DNA from: Eledone cirrhosa
Lineage: Eukaryota
Direction: 5' to 3'
Length of the DNA stretch: 64,000 nucleotides
Assembly (NCBI GenBank): GCA_964016885.1
Contig: OZ024748.1
Coordinates: 5,766,001 to 5,830,000, forward strand
Every line of letters begins with the position of its first letter. The stretch's first letter is position 1. The notes beneath the pieces are model-generated. The model worked only from the letters and a program-made list of their open reading frames with translations, did not search any database and was not told where the DNA came from. The position numbers and the translations under genes are program-made. This document shows positions 44,865-58,785 of this stretch, piece by piece.

Positions 44865-45135
44865 ACCTAATTTGGGGGGGAGGGAGTCGAGTAAATCGAC
44901 CCCAGTGCATTACTGGTGCTTTATTTTATCGACACCGTAAGCTAACCTCGATGGGATTTTAACTCAGAACGTAAAGGGGCGTAACTCTTTGCTGCAAAGT
45001 ATCGTGTCCGACGCTCTACCGATTCTGCCAATCCACCAGCGCAATAATAGTAATTGTTTCTACTTATGACACAAGGCCAACAATTACAGTGCATTACTGG
45101 TACGTTATTTTATCGACCCCGTAATGATGAAAGGT
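44865..45135 (-). mobile_element. Cluster of SINE S1 copies: near full at 44865-45040, 3' fragment at 45050-45135, further fragments at 44520-44612 and 45190-45250
   Basis: Reverse complement of the S1 core and head (..GTGTCCGACGCTCTACCGATTCTGCCAATCCACC). Confidence 0.8.
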
Positions 45136-45287
45136 ATAGGTCTATGGTTTCAAATTTAAACATGACGTCAGGTCCAATCGAAGTAAGTCAATTATATGGA
45201 ATCAATTACTTGACTGGTACTCTTTATTTTCAAGCCCGGAAGGATTTCAACTTGGAAGGTAAACACTCGGAACAATTAATGAGAGGC

Positions 45288-45353
<66 letters not shown>

Positions 45354-45384
45354 CAGTGGTTACACAACAGTTAGTTCACCATAC

Positions 45385-45422
45385 CGAGAATAATTGTTTC
45401 ACCTTAGCGGGTCCTCAGCTCG
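45385..45422 (-). ncRNA. Minimal hammerhead ribozyme in the PLE 3' pLTR
   Basis: CGAG-CTGAGGA-CCC(GCTAA)GGT-GAAAC-AATT-ATT-CTCG: stem I CGAG/CTCG, near-palindromic AACAATTATT stem III. Confidence 0.7.
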
Positions 45423-45584
45423 TAATGGGCATTGTAATAGGAACAGGAAGGACAACCGTACAGACGCGCATGCGCAGAAACCCGGTCACTTCACACAGGC
45501 AATACTAGAATGCGTGCGAGAGGTGTAAGGGAGATAACTGCGAAAGTCCGAAAATTTTTTAGTTGAAAATAAAATTTCAAGGAA

Positions 45585-46103
45585 TCAGTCCGGGGCCTTG
45601 TAGTTATGCAATAGGTGTTTGGCGACGTGTGGACAACGTGTGAAAAATTCATTTCTCGTGTTTAGGCAATTACTATTTCGTAATCTCTTTAGAATGGTTA
45701 TTCGTTCGTCAATATATAAGCCACACGTCGGAGTTCCCCTTGCGTATGGCTTGGACTTAGTGATGGCTTTCCATTGAATGGAGTAGTCTATACTTGAGTC
45801 CTTGAGGGACCATACGTGGCTCGCGAGTTTCGTGGATGAACGTCTGTCCGCGTACCTGAAGGTAGACTGGTGGTTCAGGAAACGTTCCTTAAATCGGCCC
45901 TCCGGCATGCCCTCATAGGATTTGACCTCCTGTGGTTCGTTTGGTCGGTTGGAAGTGACCACAGCTTCATAAATTACAGCTGGTGTGTTGCATTGCTGTT
46001 GAAGGGGGAAAGCTTCGGGCTTACGGCAACAGCACCCTGGTGGGGTGTTGCTCCTAGGGCTGCTGGTGATGTGGGCCTTCATGTTCTTCGCGCAGGAGTA
46101 TCC
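45585..46103 (-). pseudogene. Penelope-like GIY-YIG endonuclease C-terminal fragment (no RT domain)
   Basis: GYSCAKNMKAHI..CCCRK..FPL..C..VIYEA.V..YEG..E..FKERF.NH.STF..TKLASHVW.LK..I.W..Y..C.L..E...I...LN.R.E....C.H..K. This motif order is typical of Naiad-clade PLE endonucleases. Several consensus Cys and YIG residues are substituted. Confidence 0.85.
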
Positions 46104-46457
46104 TATATATTTTATATATATTCTTCATTTTATTTCCCGTCATAATACATATATATATTTCGCTATCAGTCGCGTTGTTCATCAATACAACTGTATAACT
46201 GTAATCCATCTATCTATGTCTGCCTGTCTATCTATCTATCTATCTACCTATCTGTCTGACTCTCTGTCTATCTACCTATCTATCTATCGTAATATATGTC
46301 TGTCTGTCTGTCTATCTAACTATGTATAATCACCCAACTATCAAAATCCAATGAGCCAGCCAACTAATCACGCGAGAGTTAGTGAGCAGAACAAACAATC
46401 TAAAGAAAAAAAGTGAAAGGCAAATACAGAACGGGAAAGATAGAAGAGGAAGGCAGA

Positions 46458-46556
<99 letters not shown>

Positions 46557-47690
46557 CAGACAGAGTGAGCGAGAGAGGGAGAGAGAGACAAAGATAGAGG
46601 TTGAGACACAAGGCATCATAGACAAATATTTAAAAAGTAAAATCAAAAATAAAATCATGTAATTATAGACTATCCCTGATATCCCGCAACTTCGCTCCTT
46701 TTATCTGCGTCAGCATAGCTACATCTTTCTATTGTACATAACATATATATATATATATATATATATATAGTCAAGTAAATGTATCTCTCTCTCTCTCTAA
46801 ATCTGTATATATATATATATTCATATTGTATTTTTGACTATTGTTATTACATATTATTGCATTTATGTCTTTTTCTTTTACATATTTACTTGACTGGATC
46901 AAATAAAGCAAATCGGAGCAAAGATCGGCTCGAGTGTTCTTCGTTAACTTACAGACACACACACACACTTACAGACATATATACAGAAACAAACATATAT
47001 ATATACAATTGTATGTACATACTTACAAGCACATACATAAGAGCTTGCGTAATTGATGGCGGAGAAGGAGAGCCTGTTCGTTACAACTTGCCACCGAACT
47101 GGCGACCGGTCAAAATAGCTTGCAATCAAGAAGATTATATATATATATATAGTTACGCAAACTACTTGGAAGTGTCGTTTTGTCTTCTTACGGTGTGTCT
47201 GTGTTTGTGTGTAGCTCTGCCTGATGATGACCAATATAAGTCCTATTAACCAGGGCAGATTTTAACGATCTTAAAAGTTGTTTCTGAAGAAGGAGAGCGG
47301 GGTGGGGGGAAATGATCATTTCGAAGTCTGATGACATGATGTTACACATCTATCATCGATTAGTCAGCACATCTTGCTCTCTGAAGCGATCGTAAACATG
47401 CTTTCTTTTCTTTTTTTCTATAAATATGTAATGTGTATATATGTATATATGTGTAAGTGTGTATCTGTCTGTGTATGCTTGAACCTAAGTATATATTTGG
47501 CCGAGTTGATCTATACCCATGATATTGCAAATGTTATCTCTTGTGGTGGTGATCGTGTAACTGATTCACAAAGAAATATCATAGTAAGGTGCCTCTGAGG
47601 GTCACAGCGTACTTTTAGACGGAAGCTATTCTATTTGCTCATGTACATTTAAATAATATTGGCCAACTATCTATCTAACTTCTCTCTCTC

Positions 47691-47755
<65 letters not shown>

Positions 47756-48032
47756 CTAAAGATCGTATCATCTAAGTATTGATGGAAGACCTAGTTTGAA
47801 AGCCAAACACAGATCAAGAAGAAGATGGCGGCTGTGTTAAGTCTGTATAGGATGAAACATTATTTCTATCTTATTGTTGTCTTGATAAAAGCCTTGTCTC
47901 ATCTCTTTGAACTTTCATTGCATCTTTCCACACTCCTTTCTATACACTTCATCTTTCCCCCCCTCTCTCTGTTCATTTATTTATGTATATTTGTCACCGT
48001 CTTTTTTTTCCCTTATAATTATTATCATTGTA

Positions 48033-48098
<66 letters not shown>

Positions 48099-48099
48099 G

Positions 48100-48134
<35 letters not shown>

Positions 48135-48642
48135 TCAACCCCTACTATATCGTTAATATTAATATTACTATTCGTTTCTATAGTAATCTGCCACACTTCG
48201 TAACCCATTTATCCTTGGATCTTTCCATGTGATATATTTCACCTGTGTACACATTTTATTTCCAGTGTATGTCAATGATACTTTTTTTTATATATAAATA
48301 TATACACACACATATATACATAAATACGTGTGTTCCCTGTATGGGGAAATTTAGTGTATATGATTGTATTGGCTGCTAATGCGAAACAATGTTTAACCTC
48401 ACAATTTTAAGTGTACGTCTTCCTTTCCCTATAACAGAATTTCAATTTTTTAGTGCGACTTGTTCGATAGATCAGTGTATAAATGTGCATAGATATACAC
48501 ACATAGACACACACACATCCTCTCTCTCATATGTATTATATGTATGTATATATGTGTGTGTGTGTGAGAGAGAGAGAGTGTGTATGTGTGTAACCTGCGC
48601 ATTCTAGTGTATATGATATCCTATGATGTACAGAAAAACCTG

Positions 48643-48700
<58 letters not shown>

Positions 48701-48809
48701 GATCATATAAATGCACGAATATATGAGTGAAATAGAATGTTCCATTGAAGTGCACGTTTATAAATAATATGTCACTTGTTTGGGTACAGATACATACACT
48801 TACATATTC

Positions 48810-48860
<51 letters not shown>

Positions 48861-48861
48861 C

Positions 48862-48940
<79 letters not shown>

Positions 48941-50036
48941 TGTGTGTGTGTATAAATATGTATATATAATTGATGTTGGATGCTTAAAGCGTCCGTATGG
49001 GGTAGGCCGTATGAGCACTCGATGCTCTCATAGAGCAGTGTATGATATTACAGAAAAAAGAGAATCAGTGTTGCGACGAATGGAATTTATTGGACATATT
49101 ACAATCGTTTCTCTGTCCTTTTACATCGATATAATTCGAAGCGAAGTATATGTACACACGTGCATATATTAGGATTGAACAAGTATTAAACTAATTAGAC
49201 CATCATACTCCATACTTGGTATAGTAGAGTGTAACGATATGTATTATATATATATATATATATGGGGTGGTGTGTATGTGTGTTCAGTCGCCAGGTTCTA
49301 TTTAATTGACAATATTTCAATCATCCCTTCTCTCTCTCACACACATTTTTCTCTTAATTCCACTCACTCTGTCTCTTACTCTCTAAATCTATCTATCTAT
49401 CTATCTATCTACCACACAAACACAGAAACAAACATACAGATACACAAAAATACATACTTACACACACACACACACACACACGCACATACACACGTGCGCG
49501 CGCGCTTGAACACCTACACTTGATCACACATACACGTCTTCTTTACCAGGTTCTGGCGTTGAAATAAGTACCAGTCAAGTACTGATGTTATTCCACTAAG
49601 CTGTATCGTTTTTCCAAAGATCTGTAGCAATTTGCTTAGTTTAGAACACATATTCAGTAGTACTATCCTCATCTACATCCTCCCCAACACCTCCTCCCTA
49701 CTTATCATCACCATCATCATCATCATCATCATCAACGTTGATGCATTCATCGTCATCGTCGTGTATATTTCTGTTTGGAGGTCAAATGTTAGGCCTTCAT
49801 GTGTGACGGTTCCAAGTTGAATATCTAGATGGTGAAACAAAATGACATGATCCCTCTACTGAAGCGACAAAATGGTGACATTACCTACACACTATGTGTG
49901 TATATATGTACGAAAGTATGTGTGTATGTATGTACGTACGTATGTATGTATATACGTACGTACCTATGTATGTATGTACGCATATATATATATATGTATG
50001 TGTCACACTGTCACGAAAATATCACGTGTGCTTACA

Positions 50037-50099
<63 letters not shown>

Positions 50100-50104
50100 C
50101 CCAA

Positions 50105-50235
50105 ATGTATTTTGATTTAGGTACAAGGCCAACCATTTCTGGTGAGGGTTAGTCGATTAAATTGTTACTGGTACTTTATTTTATCGACTCTGTAAAGTTG
50201 AAAAGCAAAGCTAACCTCCTTCGGATTTGAACCCA
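50105..50235 (-). mobile_element. S1-related SINE, 5'-truncated
   Basis: TAGGTACAAGGCCAAC..TTACTGGTACTTTATTTTATCGAC..GCAAAGCTAACCTC..GGATTTGAACCC. Confidence 0.7.
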
Positions 50236-50600
50236 GCAATCCCTATATGAAATTCTACATAGGCACTAGCGATGTTCCCCAGGGTTTGGAGACATCTGTG
50301 TATATCCTCGATTGATTCCATCAGGAACACAACCAATATGTTGGTCAGGACATAACAAATGCGTTCTTCTATTTAAGTCAGAGATTTTGGTTCCGCCCAC
50401 CCCAACGAGAAAACATCGCTTGGTGTTTAGTCAGGGCTTTTTATTTACTGTTTATGTGAACATCGACGATCGAGCAAACTTCCTGGAAATTGGACATCAC
50501 GCCACTCAATGACAGTTGGGTCATAGATCTTGTCCCGAGTTGTGACAATAGGCCCAGAGTAACAAGTAATTTTCAATAGAGAGTTTCTTTCCACCTACCC

Positions 50601-50641
<41 letters not shown>

Positions 50642-51584
50642 ACATATATTCGGATAAAACAAAGGTTAGTTAAAAGTGTCGTTTCAATGTGTTTGTTTGA
50701 CCAACTTATACAATAATACGTGGAATATTTCAACATAATAAATACATAGAAATGTACAAAACATAGTTATAAACAAAGAAATTGTATTTAATCTGTATCA
50801 AATGGGGACAAATTAATTTCGGGCTTAAGAATATATTAACACATTAACAAAATGTAATCTAACTTTTCCACTGATATACTACAAATTATTTTGTATTAAA
50901 TTATTAAACATATAATCGAGGTCAACTTTGTCTTTCATCCTTTCGACGTCGATAAACAAAATACCAGTCTAGTACTGAGGTCGAATCTTCCTCTATATAT
51001 ATTTCTCTGTTCTATTCTGTCCTTCTCTAAACTTCTCTGGAAAGGGATGGGATCCTCCAAGTTTAAAAATGCCCTTGAAACGCCGTCTGACAATATGGTG
51101 CCCCTACGAATCCTTCAGGAGTTATGATACCAAGCGCATTTATTATATACGATATATTAATGTATTAATCATGTTGTGTGTTATCTGCTTATAATAGATC
51201 TACATACCCTAATGCATTGTAAGATGTGCCTAAAAGATGTGGAGTCTGAAAGTGCATCAGGGCATAAACCATTGCCTGAAAATCAACCAATATGATGTGT
51301 GTGAAGTCTGATAAAGAGACCACAAGACTAACCCATGTTTCAGCAAGACACATGCCTTTGAAACATTTGTTTTATATGAAGGTGTTGGTGAGCGGTGGTG
51401 GATTGGGATAATTGTTAGAGCACCGGAGAATATACCTTCTGGTATTTGTTCCGGCTTTTTGCAATCGCATGTAACATTTCGCTCATTCCAACCAGCACAT
51501 AACCAATATGAATACGTAGGCCTAAAACTAGCATGGTTTCCGTGACTTCGTCCTGTACTAGATGACGAAGAATTGAAGTATTAA

Positions 51585-51805
51585 CTCTTTAGCATTCAAA
51601 CCGGCCATATCTGGCCAACATTTTCTTACCTCTTTCTATTAAAACTGGCCATAAATGGCCACTTATAGTGATGTTAAGGTATTGTTCTCAAAATAAATAA
51701 TATCAAAATCTCATAGATTCGATATTATGTAAAATAATTATGTGAAATAAAGGCTTTTCCTCGAAAATACAATAGTAAATATAGAGTAATGTAAAGGCTA
51801 AAGGG
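51585..51805. mobile_element. piggyBac-type MITE
   Basis: TTAA-CTCTTTAGC ... GCTAAAGGG-TTAA: TIRs with TTAA target duplication. Confidence 0.75.
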
Positions 51806-52652
51806 TTAAAAATAGAAATTGAACTTCATTGTATCAATGTAACGGTATTGTTTAATTTATGATATTAGCTAACGTTATGATACTAACATTTATATTTAAC
51901 TAACAATTAGTACAACTTTTTATACGCTTAGCATTCATTACAACTAGATGCTTCTAGCCAATACTGTGTCGTCTAAGGCATGCTCGAACAACCGGTAATA
52001 CAAGTTATATTTCTCTAAAAATAAATCTCTACTACCATTTAAAAAAGTATGACTATTAGATAATCAAATCTGAGTTATACTATGTATGAAAGAACTTAGT
52101 GTAACTAAAATCTCTTTGATCATAAGTATACCGAGAGCCGACGTGGCGCTAAACAACAACAGTATTAGTGAACCTTTGTAAGATATTGTATTAGATGAAA
52201 GAAATAAAAGCTAGACATTGAAAAAAACAAAAAAACATTTGATATGTTGAATGTCATGTAGAGAATAGTCCTGAAAACTTAAATTAGTTACGGAGGTTGT
52301 ATTAATATAACTGAGCAATTCGACACACAGTTGGGTGTATTGATAAGTTAATACTAGGCTTCACAGACTAAAAAAAAAAGATGGCCTCATTTCTCTGAAA
52401 AAAACCTGACGTAGATGGATAGTTAAAGTGATTACTTCATTATATATACATATGTGAATACGTATAGACATATATATATATATAAATAAATACATACGTA
52501 CATACATACATATTGAGATATATTAGCTTGGTATCTAGCCTACACTTTAGTATTTTAAATATGAATGAAACTCTAGTGATAATGTAAGGACAGGCAATGC
52601 ATATAAGTTTAATTAGATAAAAGGCTGGAAATGTGCCGCAACAGCATCATCA

Positions 52653-53035
52653 AGGGTGGTGTATTGGCAGTATCGGTAGAGGGTTGCACGCTATGCTTTG
52701 AAGCATAGAGTAACGGCTTTTTATGGCCTCAGTTCAAATCCCGCCGAGGTTAACTTTGCTTTTAATCCCTATGGTGTCGATAAAATAAAGTACCAGTAAT
52801 GGCCTTGTGCCAAAAGTAGAAACAATTATTATCATCAATGGCGGTGGATTGGCACTATCGGTAGAGGGTCGGACGCTATGCTTTGTAGCATAGAGTTACG
52901 GCCCTCTACTGATAGTGCCAATCCACCGCCGGGGTTAACTTTGCTTTTCATCTTAATGGGATCGATAAAATAAAGCACCAGTAATGCACTGGGATAATTT
53001 CTGGCCTTGTGCCAAAAGTAGAAACAATTATTATT
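52653..53035 (+). mobile_element. Two tandem full-length SINE S1 copies (52653-52832 and 52840-53035)
   Basis: Head, core and tail in both. The second copy has its B-box replaced by an inverted copy of its own head. Confidence 0.9.
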
Positions 53036-53886
53036 ATTATAAACCCCAGGAGTTACCCAGAGAAGAAAACTGTACATGGACACAGAAAATTACTAGAAAT
53101 AGCAGCCACATATTTAATAAAACAAAACAGCTGATAATGTACTTTAACATATAGAATGTGACAGGATTATTATGACTGGAAAACATATTTATATGATGAA
53201 ACCAGAACATTCTTTTCTTTTTGTTGATTTTCTTCAGATTTTGAAATATTTGGTTGTGTTTTCGTTGTATTTTTTGTATTTTTGTATTTTTTTTAGTTGT
53301 GTTGGTCTTGTGTTTTTGTTTAATTAAGAAGCAGAACGTGAGATGTGATTAATTATCATCAAAGAATGTTCTGATATTTTTAGAACAAAACAATCTTCAT
53401 TGAGCGAATAATAATCATTAGAGCAATACGTGGAATTTCTAGAATCATTAGAGCGTGGGGAAAGAATGCCTTGCGGTATTTGATCCGGCTCAATGCGCTC
53501 GGAGTTCAAACGTGATACAGGTGAAGTTTACCTTTCATCCTTTCCTTCCCGATAAATAAAATACCAGTTCAATAATCAGGTCGATTATTTCTTCTCCTCT
53601 CTCCCTTTCCGCCCTCCTCTCTCCTATATTTTTAATCTGGTCCTAATTCCTTTCCCACTGACCAGTCATTCAATATTTAATATATTAGAAATATATTATA
53701 ACGTATAGTTCAATAACATTTCTGACGATTCGAAAGAAGAAGCTAAGGTATAATATGCTAGAAATCCTACATTTGGTTAGCATTCTTTTCTTGATTCACT
53801 ATTTACTATTACTTTAATTCAATATGGATACTTCATAAGTCCAGTGTTTTTTACTCACTACATTATACCATTTATATCCATAAATG

Positions 53887-53918
<32 letters not shown>

Positions 53919-53921
<3 letters not shown>

Positions 53922-54110
53922 GAACCAGTAAGACCCCGACAGCTGAGCTCAAGCCGTTTCGACGGCTAATTCTGGACCAGAATTAGCCGTCGAAACGGCT
54001 TGAGCTCAGCTGTCGGGGTCTTACTGGTTCCTATTACCCACTCTACTACCTCAAGTATTGAGTACTTTGGTGCGTTATGGTCCACCTGGTTCCTTACCAC
54101 ATTTCCTTCG

Positions 54111-54112
<2 letters not shown>
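53919..54112. mobile_element. Family C fold-back element: perfect 115-bp palindrome plus long arm, in (TA)n
   Basis: 53919-54033 is a perfect palindrome around a single A at 53976 (CTGG-A-CCAG). (TA)n on both sides. Confidence 0.9.
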
Positions 54113-54186
<74 letters not shown>

Positions 54187-54959
54187 GTCTCTATCTATAT
54201 ATAGAGAGAGAAAGAGAGAGACTTTCATATGTATAAACTCACAAAACATAATCTTATATATATATATAGAAAGATAGATACTTACAGGTATACACACACA
54301 AAACATACTCTTATATATATATATATATATATATACTTATATTTATACACACTGATAGACAAAATATTACATAGATTTTTACATTATTGAAATTAATTCT
54401 AATGGAGTCTGGTGCTGTTTTGTAATGTTGTTGCAGTTGCTGTTTTTCATCTGGCATCTTTTTTATTCACCAGACGCAGTAGGAGATATGGTGCTGGTAA
54501 TCTAAATAAAGAATCATGGGTATCCTTTGATACGTACACTCTTATACACTCCCCATATATATATATATAAACGTACATACATAAACATAGACGCTTACGT
54601 AAATACGCATACAGAATATAATTCAAATAAATGCCTAAGATAAAGATATATGCGGACGTATATGTGGACACTCTCACGTAGACATGTATATATATATATA
54701 TGAGCGTGTCTGGGTGTTTGTGTATGTGTATGTTTGTATATATTAGAATGTCCTTTTGATCGACTTATATATTTTTAAAGACTGACCGATATATCATAGT
54801 TTCTGTACTTTGACGGTGGTAGATCAGTGAAATATTCGCTGAATGAATGAATTAATCGATATTCTTGAGAGGAGAAATACAAGAGAAATGTTACAATCGA
54901 TTTCTATGATATGATGCTTTCCGATCACTGAGCTTTTCAAGTGAGACGAATCTACTCCG

Positions 54960-56135
54960 GTAACAATTATCGCAGTGATGATGGTATATAAAGCGGATTG
55001 CACGGAATAGAGTTTTCCCAGGGAGCTTAATTTTAAGTGGTTTCTGATCGCAAGTATTAGAGATTTATCCACTGCGCTTAGATAACATACGAAATGTTAT
55101 CAACTGAGGTTATTTTTAAGTGATTTTTCACAGTGAAAATTGTTACCTAGCCGGCTTAATTTAATTGGCTTCTGCTCATAGGAATTAAGATTTCTAAACT
55201 GATGTCATCTTTAGCTATTACTTTCATAATAAAATATTTCCCATAGCTTAGTTTCTATGATGGCTGACGGTATAATGGGATGTAGTTTTACAAGTCAACT
55301 GAAGTCAAGTTTTATTTGATCGCAAATATTAACAATTTATTCACTGAGCTAATATAACATAGAGATTTTTAAACACAGTTTATTATTAAATGATCTTTTC
55401 AGACTGAAAATTATTTCCCAGCTGACTTAGTTTCAGGGGCCTATGATCATAGGAATTACGAATTATTGACTGAGTTCTTCTTAAGTGATTATTCAATATT
55501 AAAGAAAAGTTACAGAGTTGTATTTCTGAGTTTGGCTTCGTTGATTACTGAGCGTATGATGGGATGGTGTTTCACCAGTCAACTCACGTTCAAGGATTTT
55601 TGATCGTATTTATCTAATGTTTCCTCCACTGAGCGTAGGTAAAATACATATTTCTAAACTATGAGTGTAGATAAAACAATAAGTGTAGAAACAGTTTTGT
55701 TCAATGAAGTCATTTTTAATGTATTCTTCGCAGTGAGAATAGTTCTTGGCCAGTGGCTTCTGATCAAGGGAATCAATATTTGTTGACTGAGGTCAGCTTG
55801 GGATATTTTTTTTAATTTAAAAGGACAAATATACACTTATATTTGCCTGAGCTTAGATTTAGTGATAGCAGAACGCATGTTGGAATGTAGTTCCCCCCTC
55901 ATGTAGGTTTATTGCTTTCTAGGCACAATTATCTACGACTTCACAAGAAATTAGATAATATACGATTTTAACCACTGAGCTTTGATAATATTTATCTACT
56001 GAGAATAACTTAAAGGGATTGTTAACAATAAAAATAGATAAATAGCCGGATTAATTTCACAAGTTGACATAGGCTAAATGCCTTCTTAGCGCAAGTATTA
56101 AAGATTTATTCAGTCCAGATTACGTACGTATTTTT
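54960..56135. repeat. Decayed tandem array, ~270-320 bp unit, 3-4 copies
   Basis: Anchors TGATCG(C/T)A..CACTG.GC at 55045/55317/55601 and GGC.T.TG.TCA..GGAAT at 55167/55438/55755. Confidence 0.7.
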
Positions 56136-56296
56136 ATTCAATGATCCTAGGTAACGGACGAATTTTCAAGAATTGAGATTCAGATAACTTTTATAAAACT
56201 TATAAAATGAGCGTAGCAAATATGAAGATGTATTCGATGATGCTAGTGTTAAGTCATTTTAAAGGTTAAAATAGATTTTGGTTAGTTTAATCTAAG

Positions 56297-56440
56297 TGAA
56301 GGCGCATGGTTTAGTGGTTAGAGTATTGAGCTTGCAATCGAAAAGTTGTGAGTTCAATTCTCGGACCGGGTGATGTGTTGTTTCCGTGAGCAAGACACTT
56401 TATTTCACGTTGGTCCAGTTTACTCAGCTGTAGAAATGAG
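56297..56440 (+). mobile_element. tRNA-derived SINE family S2 (CORE/Meta-like core)
   Basis: A-box TGGTTTAGTGG, B-box GAGTTCAATTC, core GAGCAAGACACTTTATTTCACGTTG..CAGTTTACTCAGCTGTAGAAATGAG. Confidence 0.8.
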
Positions 56441-56957
56441 ATGATAGGACTGGCGTCCCTATCATTAAATTACCCAAGACACGTCCAACGAGATATACCT
56501 TGGAGGAGGCCAGCTAAACCTGCATAGGTGTGAGCTGTCACACACAATCTAAGTGTACTAAGATCATATAAATTCTGATTCACATACTGGGAACAACTTC
56601 AGTACGAAAAGGAAAATTTTATTTCACTGAGCTTCAATACTTAGTTTCTATTTCTAACAGACTGATCAATCACATAGAGGCTCATTTATTGGTTGTCGAC
56701 TGACTGTCAAATATTTAATCTATTGCTGGATTATCACAGAGGATTTCCGAATATTTTCTAAGCATATGGTAATAGTTAGGGCAAATTTGTTAACAGTGGT
56801 TAATCGCACAACTCACAGAAATTGTCAAATATATAATCACACATAATTAAAAAGAATTATTATTTAATACGTTGTGTATTATATATATATATATATGGGG
56901 GTTGTTTCTGTGTGTATGGGGGTGCTCGTCTGTACATACATATAAATAACATATGTG

Positions 56958-56999
<42 letters not shown>

Positions 57000-57429
57000 C
57001 GTGTGTGTGTGTGTGAGTGCGTGTATGTGTTTGGGTGTGTGTTCACAATCAAATAGGGCATTTCTGTCGCAACAGTGAAAACAACAACAATTAAAAAGTA
57101 ATTACATTCTATTCGTGATACATTTTGACCACCAAATACAAGCATGAAATGTACCCCAAATATACGAAATCAGCGTGGAATTATGATCTGCTAAAAATAG
57201 CAGCCATGTCCCACAATTCATAATCTAACGTTCTAAGAGATGAAGAATACATAGATCTATCTAATTGTAAGAAGATATTTGACAAGCGGAATCGTCATGG
57301 CTGGAAGGACATTGTTAAATAAGACATCAAGTAAAACAACAACAATGACAACATCAGCAAAAATAACCATAAAAATCACAATAATAACAATAACAACCAC
57401 AATAATACCAACAGTGGTTGCTACGATAG

Positions 57430-57550
57430 CGAGCAATTGGGGGCAGGGGATAAAGTCGATGAAATCGAACCAGTGTATTACTGGTACTTTATATTATCGA
57501 CCCCGTCAGGATGAAAGGTAAAGTTAACCTCGGCGAGATTTGAACTCCAT
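57430..57550 (-). mobile_element. SINE S1, 5'-truncated
   Basis: CCAGTGTATTACTGGTACTTTATATTATCGACCCCGTCAGGATGAAAGGTAAAGTTAACCTCGGCGAGATTTGAACTC. Confidence 0.8.
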
Positions 57551-57834
57551 AACAACAACAATATCACCTCAACAACAACATCAGTAATATCAACACAACG
57601 ACAACAACAACACTAACAATAACAAACAGTCCACATATATCCTGAAGCCAAAATATTTTATTTTAATAACTATTTGTCCTATTATTTATACATCACGAGG
57701 CAGTCACACTGAGTATACACGCGCACACACACACACACACACAGACACACATATATATATGTGTGTGTGTGTGTGTATGGTGGTGCCGCAGTCGGCTGGA
57801 ATACCTAAAGTATATATATATATATATATATATA

Positions 57835-57923
<89 letters not shown>

Positions 57924-58143
57924 TGTGTGTGTCTGTGTGTGTATGTGTGCATGTGTCAGTGTGTGTTTGTGTGTATGTATAAGTCAATTACGCTGCGTGA
58001 CTGTTAGTAGTTCTTTCATCAGTTTTTGTATGTAATTACTGTTGCTCACACAAACATATTACACACACAAACATATTACACACACAAACATATTACACAC
58101 ACAAACATATTACACACAAACATATTACACATACACACACATG

Positions 58144-58186
<43 letters not shown>

Positions 58187-58583
58187 ATGTGTGTGTGTGT
58201 GTGTGTGTGTGCGTGTATGTGAGGATGTGAGTGTTGGTGAGAAAACATACATACTAGCCAATATATGTCAAGGTCGTATCAACTATAGAATCAAACTGAT
58301 AAATACATCGCCAATTCAATATGTTTGAATCAGCAACGTGGGTAGGAGTATAATGATGGTAACATTGTATGGTTAGAATGATAGCACATCTCTTGATTCA
58401 CATGATAGCTTTTCAATTTATTATTCTATATAATATATATATATATATTGTTCCTTTGTTTTGTTTAGGTCGTTGTGTTCGGGGATTCGTTAATGAGTTG
58501 GGCAAAATGTTGGACGACCCTTCATTTTCCTATGAAAAATTTATCACCCTTATATTCCAAGTGCAAATCTCTCCAAGGTCAAC

Positions 58584-58785
58584 CTTCTTCTTCTTCGCCC
58601 ACTTATTCCTGAGAGTGTCCTGGAGACAGAGTCCTCAAACACTCTTTCCAGCGGCTACTGTCAGAAGCAATCGCTTCCATCTGACCCGGTTGGATCTCCA
58701 AGCGAGACCAACCAAGGTCATGGATGTTATCCAACCATCTTGCTCGGGGTCTATGTCTGGGTCTCTTACCGGTTGTTTTTGTCCC
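58584..58785 (-). mobile_element. 3' end of an RTE-clade LINE with a (GAA)n tail
   Basis: Minus-strand translation TGKRPRHRPRARWLDNIHDLGWSRLEI..EAIASDSSRWKECL matches the RTE C-terminal G.R.RGRP..RW.D.....A.DR..W motif. Stop followed by GAAGAAGAAG. Confidence 0.85.

Larger units (their letters stand above)
45354..46105 (-). mobile_element. 5'-truncated Penelope-like element (Naiad-type): GIY-YIG region plus 3' pLTR with HHR
   Basis: GIY-YIG ORF, HHR ~165 bp downstream on the same strand, ends abut (TA)n and (GA)n tracts. Confidence 0.85.

Noticed and set aside
45423-45585. SECIS element in the Naiad-type 3' region
   Set aside because: No convincing AUGA/GA quartet with apical AA by eye, and no in-frame TGA in the surviving ORF.
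47214-47258. CTGC-CTGATGA-TGAC..GTC...GGCAG hammerhead-like motif
   Set aside because: Stem I- and stem II-like pairing is present but the GAAA core is absent, so it cannot be called.
56297-56370. tRNA gene
   Set aside because: A and B boxes are present but there is no intact cloverleaf, and it continues into a SINE core.
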